A DNA stretch of 64,000 nt, from the NCBI GenBank assembly GCA_043228905.1, contig JBHGNT010000007.1, forward strand, positions 21,328,001-21,392,000, written 5' to 3'. A program made the position numbers and the translations under genes. Each line of letters starts with the position of its first letter. The first letter of the stretch is position 1. This DNA is from Azolla caroliniana (Eukaryota > Plantae > Polypodiophyta). Below the pieces are notes generated by a model that was not told where the DNA came from, searched no databases, and worked only from the letters and a program-made list of their open reading frames with translations. Positions 1 to 11,431 of the stretch are shown piece by piece.

Positions 1-120
1 ATGTGTAGTTGGATCTATCGAGTTTCTCCACAGGGAGTGAGCTAACCATTCCTCTATCCATCACTTCTTTGTCTGCTATTCTTACGAGCTGTTAGGGCTA
101 CAGAGGTTCTCAACCCTCAC

Positions 121-530
121 GCTCTGATACCATGTAAACGATTAGTTGCAAAAGCGTTAGAAAACAGAAAAGCAGAAAATACACAGAGTACACGGGAGAG
201 ATAGAGAGAGCAAAACGTAAGAGCTATATTCAAAAACGATATAAACACTCTGTACATACAATTGTGCTCAGTAGCACTATTTATACAAGTCCTCGTAGGA
301 CTGACAGAAGTACCGCGTACTTCAATGCTCACACGAGCATCTGACACTTACTACAAGACTATAACTGCCTAGTAGTCTAAACTAATACTAGGCTTCTGGT
401 TACCGATTGGATCCGGGTAACCGGCTCTGTTGCTTGCCGGCTCGGTTGCTCACCGGGTTACTGATCCGTCTCGCTTGCCGGCTCAGGCTTATCCAGCCGA
501 TCCGGCTCCAGTTGAGCTTGCCGCTCAACA
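121..530 (-). mobile_element. 5' LTR (133-530) and tRNA-iMet PBS (121-132) of a Ty1/copia element running off the left edge; related to LTR family B
   Basis: TG..CA termini. GCTCTGATACCA at 121-132 is the reverse complement of TGGTATCAGAGC. Shares leader (ggttctcaaccctc) and LTR blocks (aagtac..cttcaatgctcacacg, cctagtagtc, gttgagcttg..ctcaaca) with 7861-8348. Confidence 0.85.
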
Positions 531-1147
531 GGTTGTTAAGTATAATTTTTATTGAATAGATGATGATGAACTTATATCGATTGTATGATAAATGTTGGTT
601 ATAATTGTTTCTTTATTAACATAATTGAATTTAGCTTTATTCTAGGATTTCTGAGCTCTTTAATCTTGGTTATTTAGTTTCGAGTGTACAGAATAATATT
701 AAGTCAACGTTGTTGCTCACTTGATCTTACATTTAGGTTGTTCATATATGATTGGGATATAATGTTTGTAGAAGTTTTTGGGCATGTGAGGTATATAATG
801 TGATATTCACTTGTGAATATGTGTCTAATTATACCCAAAAATGCAATTTGCTCATTTAATATAACAAGTTTTATAGGAGTTAGAGAGAAATATACCATTA
901 AAATTGTGTTTTCTAAAATTGTTCAATTGGATTCAAATTCAACATTATGTAAAATGAAGCATATTACAATGATAGTTGAAAGCATTCTTGTAATCCAAGC
1001 GAATGTCTGGCTAAATATGTGTATGAATTGAGAAAATATATGTTAAATTTGCAATCTTGATCATATTAATTGTGTTTTTTATTGATGTTTTTAAAAGTCA
1101 TATGCGCATGCGTTGTCGTGAAGATTCCGAGCCATAGGTGGAAACAA

Positions 1148-1864
1148 TGTGAAACGCTCAGGAACCCTGGGGTGCACGAGTGCACACCCCTAGTGAATTA
1201 AATAGTGTAAGTGTTGGGCATAGGTAGAAGGAGGTGTACTAGGTAGTTAAAGTATTAATAGGGATTCAAACATCGCATAAGGAGGGAGAGTGAAGAGGAG
1301 AGCAAATCAAGGGGAAGAATTTAGGAAGGGAAAGCGATAGGTCATGAACGCTCTGTAACGGTCGCTCCTTGTGCTATAAAAGGGGCAACCTTTGACTGTT
1401 TTAGGGATGTCATCTAGAGAGGAGAAAAGAAACAGAGAAGAAGGGACGACGAGTCCTACGAGGTATCACCGGAAGGCGCTTCCCCTGCTCGCGTCAGATG
1501 CCCAAGTGCTCCCAACTAGGGAATCGACCTTCTACGTGCCTACATACCTTTGCATCTAACTACTGCAGAGCTCTATGCTTTATCACCGACATTGATCTAG
1601 TTGTAATTCCCCACAGCGCTACGCGCATGTTTTGATTAATTGAAACTTATCTACCTAACTCAAGTTGCTCTCAACATCTCTGTCGGCACTTGTGTCTACA
1701 CGCAATCCTCTTACACTCTCTCTCTCGTTTCACTAACCTTCTCTGTTTAACCGCGGTCCCAGGACTTACGTAAACCACAGACTCTTCCTCCTCACTTCTT
1801 GATTCCGTGGTTCAAGACCCCCGTGGTCCTGCCCAACTTCTACGCATCCGCGAGGATTTTCTCA
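1148..1864 (+). mobile_element. Solo LTR (~717 bp) with 4-bp TSD ACAA
   Basis: Termini TGTGAAA..TTTCTCA (imperfect inverted). ACAA at 1144-1147 and 1865-1868. Internal CTATAAAAGGGG TATA near 1374, followed by a CT-rich U5-like region. Confidence 0.6.
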
Positions 1865-2311
1865 ACAACGTGATACATTCTTGAAAGTTTGTTAAAAAAT
1901 TGTAATTCTTGACATCTCATGTGGTCTTGCCCGACTTCTACGCATCCGTGAGGATTTTCTCGACAGCGTGATACATTCTTGAAAGTTTGTTAAAAAATTG
2001 TAATTCTTGACATCTCATGTGGTCCTGCCCGACTTCTACGCATCCACGAAGATTTTCTCGACAGCGTGATACATTCTTGAAAGTTTGTTAAAAAATTGTA
2101 ATTCTTGACATCTCATGTGGTCCTGCCCGACTTCTACGCATCCGCAAGGATTTTCTCGACAACGTGATACATTCTTGAAAGTTTGTTAAAAAATTGTAAT
2201 TCTTGACATCTCATGTGGTCCTGCCCGACTTCTACGATCCACGAGGATTTTCTCGACAGCGTGATACATTCTTGAAAGTTTGTTAAAAAATTGTAATTCT
2301 TGACATCTCAT
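1823..2311. repeat. Tandem array of five 98-bp units
   Basis: Units start at 1823, 1921, 2019, 2117, 2215 (gtggtcctgccc..gacatctcat). Near-identical, no spacers; the last unit has a 1-bp deletion. Confidence 0.95.
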
Positions 2312-2352
2312 GTATTTATCAATAAAGGAATGTGACATATTACATGTTCTAA

Positions 2353-2891
2353 ATGACCCAGTGTTTCAAGATTTTGAAGTATCTAGGCGTTCCCATTAAG
2401 GATCTGATTCCCTTTTACTGCAATAACATGAGCAATATTTATCTGGCTCGAAACTCGGTGTTCCACGTGTGCACAAAGCATATCGAGGTGCACTATCACT
2501 TTATCCGAGAGCGAATTGAGCTTGACGAGGCGTGTTGAGAATCAAGCTCAACCTAGTGTAGTGTGTGAACACACCTTGAGCGTGTATGAACACTCAAAGG
2601 TCAAAAGTCACCACTACGTTTCTAGCATTAACTATGTGTCATAGATTCATATTCTATGACACATAACTAATGAGTTTCCACATTCCCCATGACCAATGAG
2701 TTCCAGTAGTTAATGAAGAGAGAAGGTGACTATATAAAGCACCCTCCTCCGACTTTGTAATGCGTCGGTTAATCTCCATTGTAATATACGTCTCCTTGAG
2801 TATTCTATTCTATCTATCTTGTGTCTCTCTCCTCTCCTCTTCTCAAACACATACACACACAACACACATCTCTAACCTATTCCGCTACTCA
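2353..2891 (+). mobile_element. Truncated copia 3' end: RNase H fragment, PPT and 3' LTR (2533-2891, LTR family A)
   Basis: ORF 2353-2538 (YCNNMSNIYLARNSVFH..KHIEVHYHFIRER), degenerate PPT gagcttgacgaggcg, then LTR starting TGTTGAGAATCAAGCTCAAC, homologous to 8477-8914 and 50700-51122. Confidence 0.8.
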
Positions 2892-4001
2892 AAATCACCA
2901 TCGATTCTTCACATATATGTTGTATATTGTGAATGTTAATGTGCAGAATCGTCAGACAGAACCGGCTCAGCCGGATAGCAACAGAAAATGAGATGAAGGT
3001 TTAATGGAAAAGCTTAAAACACAGAGGAGACAGAGAGAGCAAAACATAAAACTATATTCAAAAATTAACTCTAAAACTCTGTACATACAACGTGCTAAAC
3101 AACACTATTTATACAAGACTTCCATAAAGGACTGATAGAAGTACTGACAAGTACTTCAATGCTCACACGTGCGACTGACACTAACTACGAGATAATGATC
3201 ACCTAGTAGTCTAGGCTACTACTAGGCTTCCGGTTCCCACTCGAATCCAACTCTCCGATACGACTGATTATTTCCAGATACCATCCGGATACCGATCCGG
3301 CTTATCCTTCCGGATGCCGATCTGGCTCAGGCTTATTAAGCCGATCCGGATCCGGTTGAGCTTGCTCACTCAACACTCCCCCTCAAGCTCAACTTGAGGT
3401 CGGATCGTGGTGTTAGTGTCTGCGGCAACCGGTTCTTCTACACGGCTCCTTCTGGTGTTGCTCTGCCTCGCTCGCGTTCCTCGCCCGGTCCGGTCTTGTT
3501 TGCCGCGACCCTTTTGGTTCTGCGCACCTCGACCTCCTCGGTCAGCTTGTTTGCTCAACAGGCCCATTTCAGCTCCCTCGTTGATGCGACTCCGGCGCTT
3601 GTCGACCCGTCGGTTCCTTCATGTTGGCGTCGACTTCTGATGTGTTCGTGTCCGCTTGGCCTTTAGTTGATCCAGCTTCTCCGAATCTTGTCTGAGTCGG
3701 TGTTCTCCAACTCGACTTCCGGTTTCAGGACCTTCACCAGACCGGACCACGTCCGGGTCTTCGTCGTTTTCTTCCGGTCGACTCTGTCCTTCTTGACTCT
3801 GCTGCCGCTGCCGCTTGTTCCGACCTTTTCGGATGTGCTGAATCCTTCGGTCGGCTTTGCTTCCTTTTTCCTCTTGTCTCCCCCTTTGTTGGTTCTTTCT
3901 TCCTCTCCGACTCCTTGTCCGGTGCCATCCGCTCCCTTTCCTTTTCTCCCCCTCAAGTGCGGCACGTCGAGATGCTGAACACCAAGCATTTCGGTGAAGT
4001 G

Positions 4002-7000
4002 CTACAACTTGTCCGATCCGAGCAGTTTGGTGAAGATATCGGCAATCTGCCGATCCGTCTGAACATACTGAAGTTCTACTCCACCGCTCAAAACCCGCTC
4101 ACGCACAAAGTGATAATGCACTTCTATGTGCTTCGTCCGAGCATGGAACACGGGGTTCTTTGCGAGCTGAATGTTGCTCATGTTGTCACAATAGAGCAGG
4201 ATCGGGGTTGGGACCTCAAACCACAGGTCTTGCAGCAGTCGCCGAAGCCAGATGGCTTCACAGGTGGCATTGGTAGCGCCCCGGTATTCAGCCTCAGTGC
4301 TCAACAGAGCCACTGTTGCCTGCTTTTTGCTGCTCCACACAACAGTCGTGCTACCCAGAGAAAACATGTAACTGGAGGTGGATTGGCGATCCGATGCATC
4401 ACCGGCCCAATCGGCATTTGTATATCCGACTAGTTCTTCAGTTATACCATGCTGGTATAACAGTCCCTGGTCCTTCGTGTTGCTCACATACCGGAGTATC
4501 CGATGTGCGCAGTGAAGGTGCTCGACGGTCGGCTTCTGCATGAACTGGCTGATCACTACGACTAGGTAACTGAGGTCGGGTCGAGTGATTGTCAAGTATA
4601 TCAGGCTTCCGACGATTTGTCAGAACCGTTTCTCATCGCAGGCCGATCCGGAGTTGGCACAGAGCTTCTGGTTCCGGTCCAAGGGTGTGGAGACAGGTCA
4701 GCACAATGTCATACCGAACTTGTACAACATATTCAACACATAGTGTCGTTGTGAGAGCAATATGCCGTGGGGGGTTCAGATCACTTCGATCCTGAGAAAA
4801 TAATGAAGGAACCCCAGGTCCTTCATTTCAAATGTGTCCAACAACTGGGACTTTACTCGGCCGATTTCATTGAGTCCGGGTCCGGTGATGACTAAATCAT
4901 CAACATAAAGTAGGATGCAAACCGGACCGTCCGGACCTTGCCGGATGAACAACGACGAGTCGGATTTAGCGGTCACAAACCCCATCTTACACAACCGATG
5001 TGTGATCTTCGCATTCCAAGCTTGGGGGGCTTGTTTCTGACCATAAAGCGACTTCTTGAGCTGACACACCGCCGACTTGTTCCTCTCCAACTGAAAACCG
5101 GGAGGTTGGATCATATAGACCCGTTCTTCAAGGTCACCTTCAAGAAACGCATTCCTCACGTCCATATGGTGAAGATGCCACCCCCTTGCCGCAGCAACCG
5201 CCAGTACCACACGAACCGTTGTCATCTTCACTACTGGGGCGAAGGTCTCATTGTAATCGATTCCCTAGGTCTATGCGTATCCCTTCGCAACTAACCGGGC
5301 CTTGTACTGGTTAACCGAACCATCGGCATTGTACTTTACCTTGTACACCCATTTGCAACCGATCAGTTTATAGTGTCAGGGAGGGTCAATGAGGTCCCAT
5401 GTGTCATTGGCATCTAGTGCTCGCATTTCTTCCTCCATAGCGGCATGCCAATTTGTGTCCTTTCCCACTTTTGCGTAGCTCTCTCGCTCACGCACTTCCG
5501 GCACCTTAGTCATGAACGCATAATGATGCGCCATGTACTCATTGTACCCGTTCCGCGTAACGGGGTTATTCATGCGGGAAGAACGGCATAACTTGGTATT
5601 ACCCGGTTTGGGGCCCTTCTTAGCCAGGTCGGACTTCGTTCCCGAAGATCCACCTTCATCCTTTCTGGAGTCAGATTCGCTCTGATCCGACTCAACGTTG
5701 TCGGTTTCGTATTCCAGCATCTTCTTCTTCCCCTTCTCTTTGTGCGTGAACCACCTCCTTGGTTCCTTGCACGGGGAGAGCACGGTGTCGTAAAGGGATA
5801 CGACCGATTGGTGCCACCACGATTCCACACTTGCCGCAACTACAACCATGCATCTCGACTTGGTTCGGTGACCCATCACTCCTTGGAGATCCACCTGATT
5901 CAACTCATTGGAGTTTATTTACATTCTAGACTCAAAGTTCTTTAGTATTATTGTTCTTAGGGATTTATTTGCATTATTTTGGAACAAATGTTGTGTAGTC
6001 AAAACCATGTAATGCATTTCATGTGCACCATATAACACACATGCAAAGTTTCTCTACATGTGTGCCACATGGCCCACATGCTTTATATCGTGCACATGCA
6101 CAAGCTTCTCTAGGTGTGTGCCACGTGGCCTACATGTAATGACATCGATTTAGTATAAGAGAGGAGGATTATTGTCATGGATGGGGGGGGGGGGGGGGGG
6201 GGGACAATCAAAGAGTCCTATTTTGTAAAGGGTTTTTCTCTCAAAGAAATAGTGAATTTCCTATTTGGGCATTTCTTCTTCGTCTGCGTTTGAGGAGTAG
6301 CGTTGTATGGTATTTTCCTTATAATTCTCAATTCTGACGTCTGTTTTTGATGTTCTATATCTCGTTGGAAAGTTCTTCCAGAGGGCTTTCCGATCTGTGT
6401 TTGCACACTTAATTTGGTTATGTAGGTGGAACGATATAAGGTTTTGTCTTCACAGGTAGGGCTGCAAACCACTCGTGACTATTAAGATACTTCCGGCTCG
6501 ACTTCCCACTCTTCTCTTTCATCTTCTTATTTCCACTCTCCTGGTTCAAAATTCCAGTGGTTCCGCCCCGACACGCCAAGCTCTTATACGCGACGTGCTT
6601 TGACACGACAATGGCAGAGTCTCCACTACTCGCCGGTTCCTCGTCCGATTGGTCATCCCGACTCAGCCGCTCATTCGGTCCACTTAGCCGAAATGACATC
6701 AGACTCTCTTCTAGAGTGCCGAAGTCTTCATCTTCTACTTGGACCTCCTCGGGCTCACTAGCCTCATCTTCCGGAATCGAGTCTTCGTCGGGAGTTGGCG
6801 TCGGTAAGGAGTACCATGATGCCATCTCATCAAACTCGACATCTCGGCTTACTCGGACCTGCTTAGTCAGAGGGTTATAGCACTTATACCCCTTTTGCTC
6901 ATGCGAGTAACTGACTAGAATGCACTTCTCCAACTTCAGATCCAGCTTCCTCTGCTTCTCATCCGATACATGCACATATGTTATGCTACCGAATATCTGA

Positions 7001-7790
7001 AGGTGTCTCAAATTCAGCTTTCGCCTGAAATACAACTCATGTGCTGACACCTTGTCACCGATCCGGTTTTGGATGTAGACTGCCGTCCAGACTGCCTCGG
7101 CCCAGTAGAAATGGGGCATGCTCTTCTCCTCCAGCATGGGCCGACCCACCTCGTCCACCACGTCCATGGGGCCAATCTGTCTCCGTGTACAGCATCCGGT
7201 CGTCCGATTGAGTGGTCCTTGACCCACTCGCGTGGTTTTCTTCGACCATCAGCATCGATTGCAAGTCGAAGAAGGACAGGTGGTTTCTTCCGGGTGCAGA
7301 TCGTTGTCCGGATTGGCCCGTACCTTTGCGCTAGACCACTGAAGCAGATTTGTACCATCTCGTCTTCGTCCACCGTCACGTTGATGGACCCGAGTGCGTC
7401 GCAAATCTCCTTTATCTTGGTGGTGTAGTCCGTAAGTGACATATCTCTTTGCCAAATGTTGTTCAGCTCTTGCCGAAGCTGCAACTTACGAGTTGTGGTA
7501 CTTGCGGCGAAAATCTTCCGTAGATTTTCCCAAGCCTCCTTCGGCGTCTTTACATCCTTGATGTAGCTAAGCATTTGATCATGCACACTGGACACAAGAC
7601 AATATAGTACCCGACTCGCTCCTTGCTCCCATACCGGGAAGTCTGTGTGACGGCTCTCGTGCTACTTCATTTGTTCCTTCCACAAAGCTCCAATATCCAT
7701 GCCCCAACAGGTACTGGTGCATTTTATGACTAGGATGCATAGTTGCTCCGGTTGAGCTTCTTTGTCGGAAGTGAACTCGCCATTCCTCTT
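4002..7790 (-). pseudogene. Copia gag-pol remnants with stops and frameshifts; zinc knuckle, protease and most of the integrase core deleted at ~7140
   Basis: ORF fragments 7014-7595, 6418-7227, 5376-5903, 4776-5231, 4002-4595. Gag HGRGGRGG joins directly to integrase MLEEKSMPHFYWAEAV. Confidence 0.85.
5786..6610. mobile_element. Solo LTR (825 bp) nested in the copia integrase-RT linker, 4-bp TSD ACGG/ATGG
   Basis: Termini TGTCGT..ACGACA. Removing it plus one TSD restores host reading SGDSA-VLSPCKEPRR. Contains a G homopolymer at ~6183-6203. Confidence 0.85.
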
Positions 7791-8348
7791 TCCATATCTA
7801 CTCTCTATTTGTTGTTACCAGGTTCTAGGGTTCGTCTACGGAAGCAAATGTCAGCTGCAGAGGTTCTCAACCCTCGCGCTCTGATACAATGTGAATGTTA
7901 ATGTGCGGAAGCGTCAAACAGAACCGGCTCAACCGGATAGCAACAGAAAATGAGATGAAGGTTTAATGGAAAAGCTTAAAACACAGAGGAGACAAAGAGA
8001 GCAGAACATAAAACTATATTCAAAAATTAACTCTAAAACTCTGTACATACAACGTGTTAAACAACACTATTTATACAAGTCCATAAAGGACTAACAGAAG
8101 TACTGACAGGTACTTTAATGCTCACACGTGCAGCTGACACTAACTACGAGATAATGATTACCTAGTAGTCTAGGCTACTACTAGGCTTCCGGTTCCCGCT
8201 TGAATCCGGCTCTCCGATCCGGCCGGTTGTTTCTGGATACCGATCCGGCTTATCCTTCCGGATGCCGATCTGGCTCATCCTTCCAGATGCCGATCCAGCT
8301 CAGGCTTATTCAGCCGATCTGGATCCGGTTGAGCTTGCTCACTCAACA

Positions 8349-8366
8349 TATATATATATGTACATG

Positions 8367-8432
<66 letters not shown>

Positions 8433-8470
8433 GTATATATGTATGTGGTGTGTGTATGTATGTATGTATG
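8349..8470. repeat. (TA)n/(TG)n microsatellite
   Basis: Long TG run ~8369-8430. Confidence 0.95.
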
Positions 8471-8476
8471 TAATTA

Positions 8477-8914
8477 TGTTAAGCGGAATAGATTAGAGAT
8501 GTGTGTTATGTGTGTGTGTATGTGTGAAAGAGGAGAGAGGAGAGACACAAGATAGATAGGAAAGTAGAATACTCAAGATGTATATTGACAAGGAGTAGAG
8601 AATAGCAAGTACAAAAATAATAGCATTACATGGAAGATTAACCAACACTTACAAAGTAGAAGGAGGGTGCTTTATATAAGGTCACCCTCTCACTAAACCA
8701 CTCACTCACTCTCTAGCAACTATAGAAGCTCATGTGTCATGGGGAATGTGGAAACTCCTTAGTTATGAACTTATGTGCATAGAATATAATTCTATGACAT
8801 ATAGTTAATGTTAGAAAGTAGTGGTGACCTTTGACCTTTGACCTTTGAGTGTTCATACATTCTCAAGAAAGGTGTGTTCACACAATAGACTTAGGTTGAG
8901 TTTGATTCTCAACA
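8477..8914 (-). mobile_element. Family A copia LTR (isolated)
   Basis: Reverse-complement homology to 2533-2891 and direct homology to 50700-51122; ends gattctcaaca. No clear TSD. Confidence 0.75.
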
Positions 8915-9364
8915 ATATCACTTATAAGTCATCGTCAAATTGGTCAAGGATGGTTTCTTCATCCTAGTGTACATCACATGCTAATCATAGAAAATCGGAT
9001 GCATGTATCGAGGATGGTCATGACCCTTGTTGTAAGTGGTAGAGTTTGTTGACGATTATCCTTTGTTTGTTAGGTTCACCAAAAGTAGCTTAACCCTTCT
9101 AACTCCGCCAAAAAAGTGAGAAAGTCTTCCAACAAGCGTGACAACTCCATTAATGGAGCAAAACATGCCTATGTCAACCTAACTAGAAGAGTGTTGACCA
9201 AACTTACATATGTACATATGGTTGTGTGTATGATCATTGTGTGAATATGCATATGCGTGCACAAGTTGTCAATGTGTATGTATGATCATTGTCGTGAATA
9301 TGCATATGCATGTATGTATGTATGTATGTGAGAACAATTATATGTACGAGTATATGCATAAGTA

Positions 9365-9367
<3 letters not shown>

Positions 9368-9416
<49 letters not shown>
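9368..9416. repeat. (TG)n microsatellite
   Basis: Direct reading. Confidence 0.95.
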
Positions 9417-9427
<11 letters not shown>

Positions 9428-11431
9428 TACTTCATTGAAATCCCAAATGTCAAATGAAGGGCATGTTGGTGTAGTTGTGAAGGATGATGCTTCACATGTG
9501 TTCACCATAGAAATGTTTCATCATTCTAGTTTGGAACTAATTGTTTGCGATTAGAATTTGGTTAACGCAAGCGTTCTACTTCAATAGTCAATGATGAGGT
9601 GCCAAAGTGGCTTAATGATAGCATAGTCCTTTGGCAAGTCAATTGTTAGGTGCAAATTGGCCTAACAATGGTATTGTCCTCTTAGATATAGTGCTAGTAA
9701 GTATATTTCATATAACATAGTATTTACACAACAAAGTATGCACATTCATATGTTGGGAAACCTTGAATTGCAAAATCAGAAATAGATGTAAGGAGACTAC
9801 TAGTAGATGTAAAATTGAGTTCTATGTGAGTGGAACCAATTATGATTATATTGAAGGCTTTTACGTATCATGATTCATGTGTATGGAGTAAAATAATGCT
9901 GATAGGTCTCCTTTTCATATAAAATATATTTGTAGGTGTGTGGAACAATAAAGTTTAGTGTTTTTCAATTATAAATGCTTGGGGTGGTTGATATTACACC
10001 TCATCAATAACATTAATGATTAGGTCTTTGTGCCCCACATGTCATATTGATTGTATACATTTGCTGAGAATTTGGACTTAAAACTCCATGTGTATTATTA
10101 CTCATCACTGATCAGTATTGACATCAAGATCCATTGGGTTTCCCTACCTATGAAAAGAACCATGTAAATGTGTGTACATTAATCTGTTGAGCTCACGATG
10201 CACATCATCCTTGTGGTTTATCATATTTTTCTTCATACTCATTGTTAATTGCATTACCTAAAACCCATCAAGCGCTCTAACATGTAGATCATCAATTTTC
10301 ATTATATGTAAATGATCTTAATCACATTTAATGACCTAAACGGTTTTTTCTCAGACAAAACATAAGGGTTTTGAATGTATTTTCTAATTGAATATGATTT
10401 AACATACATCCATTCAAACACCACATATTCATATAAAAAAAGACTCAAGCACATACATACACATTTATGTGTGACTCCCTCATTTGAATCTACACTCACA
10501 TATACATATATATTATGTTTCCATGACAAATAATTACTATGGATATACATCAACATGCAAATATGCCCCTTAGCATTGGTCTTTACATTCCTATGAACAT
10601 TTATTGATATTATATTGGTGAGTGATGGTGCAACAAGTAATCCCCACTATTCTACACTCAAAAAATTGACATGGTAATGAAGACATCATCAATTGTAAGG
10701 ATATCGAGTCATGTAAATTTGACTGATGGAATACTTCATATTTTAAGAATGCATGTATTCATCGAGTTACACTTAAAAAGTATCACAATATTGAGCTGAA
10801 AAGTATCATATATAATGGTGTCTAGCTTCCCCATATGTCACAATATTGAGCTGAAAAGTATCATATATAATGTTTTCGGCATCCCCATATGTCACATTGA
10901 ATATGGAGAAAGTTGTCAAGATTGTTTAAACAAATTGTCAAATAACACGAAAAGAAGAACATACTTTAGTTGACATGAATACGACCATGCACATTGGTAT
11001 CTTAGATTAATTTAAAATGTTTCCCATAAAGCTCCTCATAAAATAAAGAATTACAACTTCAAAATAAAACACTATTTACATGTGAAAGTCTAAAGATGAT
11101 ATATTATAATGCTATGGAGCTTAGTTGTTAAACGTTTTGTATCAATGTAAGGATAAGACGGGCCTCAAAAGCTCCTATATTGTTTAGTATAATTACAATG
11201 GTGGATTGTACTACGATTGTGAATTGTACTACAATTGTGAACTAGTACAAAATGAGCAAAAGTACCATAAGTTGAACTGGCCATTTTGGTCAATAAATGG
11301 TAGTGCTCGAAGACTACAAGCTCATTTCTCATAATGCTACACGCTTATTTGTCATGATAAATACCAATTTTGCTCTCTTCTTCTCTGATTGTTGGAAATG
11401 AAAGGTAAATTGTCTACGATGTTTGACATAT

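Larger units (their letters stand above)
2928..8348 (-). mobile_element. Ty1/copia LTR retrotransposon (family B), both LTRs present, internally deleted and decayed
   Basis: LTRs 2928-3375 and 7890-8348 (TG..CA, similar). TSD TATAT at 2923-2927 and 8349-8353. PBS-Met-like 7878-7889; PPT 3376-3387. Gag (7014-7595 and upstream), integrase C-terminus (FYWAEAV), RT (LYVDDL), RNase H (YCDN..KHIEVHYHFVRE). Confidence 0.93.

Noticed and set aside
1823-2311. CRISPR-like array
   Set aside because: Units are contiguous and near-identical with no unique spacers; no cas genes; eukaryotic context.
6183-6203. G-quadruplex element
   Set aside because: Simple homopolymer inside a solo LTR; length is unreliable and there is no evidence of function.
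8200-9554. Cys/Val-rich ORFs
   Set aside because: Translations of (TG)n microsatellites.
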